A stretch of DNA of 64,000 bases. Origin: Chiloscyllium plagiosum. Its lineage: Eukaryota. Positions 62,585-64,000 of the stretch are shown here, in pieces; the stretch's first letter is position 1; each line of letters starts with the position of its first letter. A program made the translations under genes and the position numbers. Where the stretch lies: NCBI RefSeq assembly GCF_004010195.1, contig NC_057718.1, forward strand, positions 31,581,479 to 31,645,478, given 5' to 3'. The notes beneath the pieces were generated by a model. The model did not search any database. It saw only the letters and a list, made by a program, of their open reading frames with translations, and was not told the DNA's origin.

Positions 62585-64000
62585 ATAGTCATAGAGATGT
62601 ACAGCATGGAAACAAACCCTTCAGTCCAACCTGTCCATGCTGACCACATATCCCAACCTAATCTCGTCCCACCTACCAGCACCCGGCCCATATCTCTCCA
62701 AACCCTGCTATTCATATACCCATCCTGATGCCTTTTAAATGTTGCAATGGTACCAGCCTCCACCACTTCCTCTGGCAGCTCATTCCATACATGTACCACC
62801 CTCTGTGTGAAAACATTGCCCCTTAGGTCTTTATTATATCTTTTCCCTCTCACACTAAACCGATGCCCTCTAGTTCGAGACTCCCCCACCCCAGGGAAAA
62901 GACTTGGTCTATTTATCCTATTCATGTCCCTCATGATTTTGTAAATATCTATAAGGTATAAGGTCCCTCAGCCTCCGACACTCCAGGGAAAACAGCTCCA
63001 GCCTATTCAACCTCTCCCTATAGCTCAAATCCTCCAACCCTGGCAACATTTTTGTAAATCTTTTCTGAACCCTTTCAAGTTTTACAACATCTTTCCAATC
63101 GGAAGGAGACCAGAATTGCACGCAATATTCTAACAGTGGCCGAAGCAAATGTCCTGTACAGCCGCACCATGACCTCCCAACTCCTGTATTCAATACTCTG
63201 ACCAATAAAAGAAAGCATACCAAACACCTTCTTCACTATCCTAACTACCTGTGACTCCGCTTTCAAGGAGCTATGAACCTGCACTCCAAGGTCTCTTTGT
63301 TCAGCAACACTCCCTAGGACCTTACCATTAAGTGTATAGGTCCTGCTAATGTTTGCTTTCCCAAAATGCAGCACCTCACATTTGTCTAAATTAAACTCCA
63401 CCTGCCACTTCTCAGGCCATTGGCTCATTTGATCAAGATCCCGATGTAATCTGAGGTAACCCTCTTTGCTGTCCACTACACCTCCAATTTTGGTGTCATC
63501 TGCAAACTTACGAACTATACCTCTTATGCTCACATCCAAATCATTTATATAAATGATGAAAAGTAATGGACCCAGCACCGATCCTTGTGGCACTCCACTG
63601 GTCACAGGTCTCCAGTCTTAAAAACAACCCTCTACCTTTGAGCCAGTTCTGTATCCAAATAGTGAGTTCTCCCTGTATTTCATGAGATCTAACCTTGCTC
63701 ACCAGTCTCCCATGGGGAACCTTGTCGAACGCCTTACTGAAGTCCATATACATCACATCTACTGCTCTGCCCTCATCAATCTTCTTTGTTACTTCTTCAA
63801 AAAACTCAATCAAGTTTATGAGACATGATTTCCCCTGCACAAAGCCATGTTGACTATCCCTAATCAGTCCTTGTCTTTCCAAATACACGTATATCCTGTC
63901 CCTCAGGATTCCCTCTAACAACTTGCCCACCACCGACGTCAGACTGGTCTATATTCCCTGGCTTGTCCTTACCACCCTTCTTAAATAGTGGCACCACATT
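62585..64000 (-). mobile_element. Young CR1 LINE RT fragment running off the window end
   Basis: Motifs SQHGFVQGKSCLINLIEFFE, YMDFSKAFDKVPHGRL, TSGVPQGSVLGPLLFIIYINDLD and KFADDTKIGG. Confidence 0.95.

Overview
This is vertebrate nuclear DNA, almost certainly from an elasmobranch (shark), as shown by HE1-type V-SINEs and their CR1/HER1-type partner LINEs. The window is repeat-dense intronic or intergenic sequence with two assembly gaps, and I could not support any host protein-coding exon. Nearly all ORFs in the track are decayed transposon fragments or noise. It contains many 5'-truncated CR1-clade LINEs and one near full-length CR1 (42-bp tandem 5' repeats, zinc-finger/esterase ORF1, endonuclease and RT). 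It also has L2 and Rex1 remnants, two SINE families, a Tc1/pogo-type MITE, two Harbinger-type Myb/SANT remnants and a decayed Mag-like Gypsy LTR retrotransposon. The most striking signal is about a dozen minimal hammerhead-ribozyme motifs (CUGANGA, one extra nt, stem II, GAAA-NN-UH with a palindromic ACGU/AGCU helix III) from at least three unrelated Penelope-like families. Many sit in ~90-850 bp insertions with 11-16 bp target-site duplications, and several form head-to-head foldbacks whose inversion point lies at the ribozyme core. All calls were made by eye. Boundaries of old repeats are approximate and family names need a database check.
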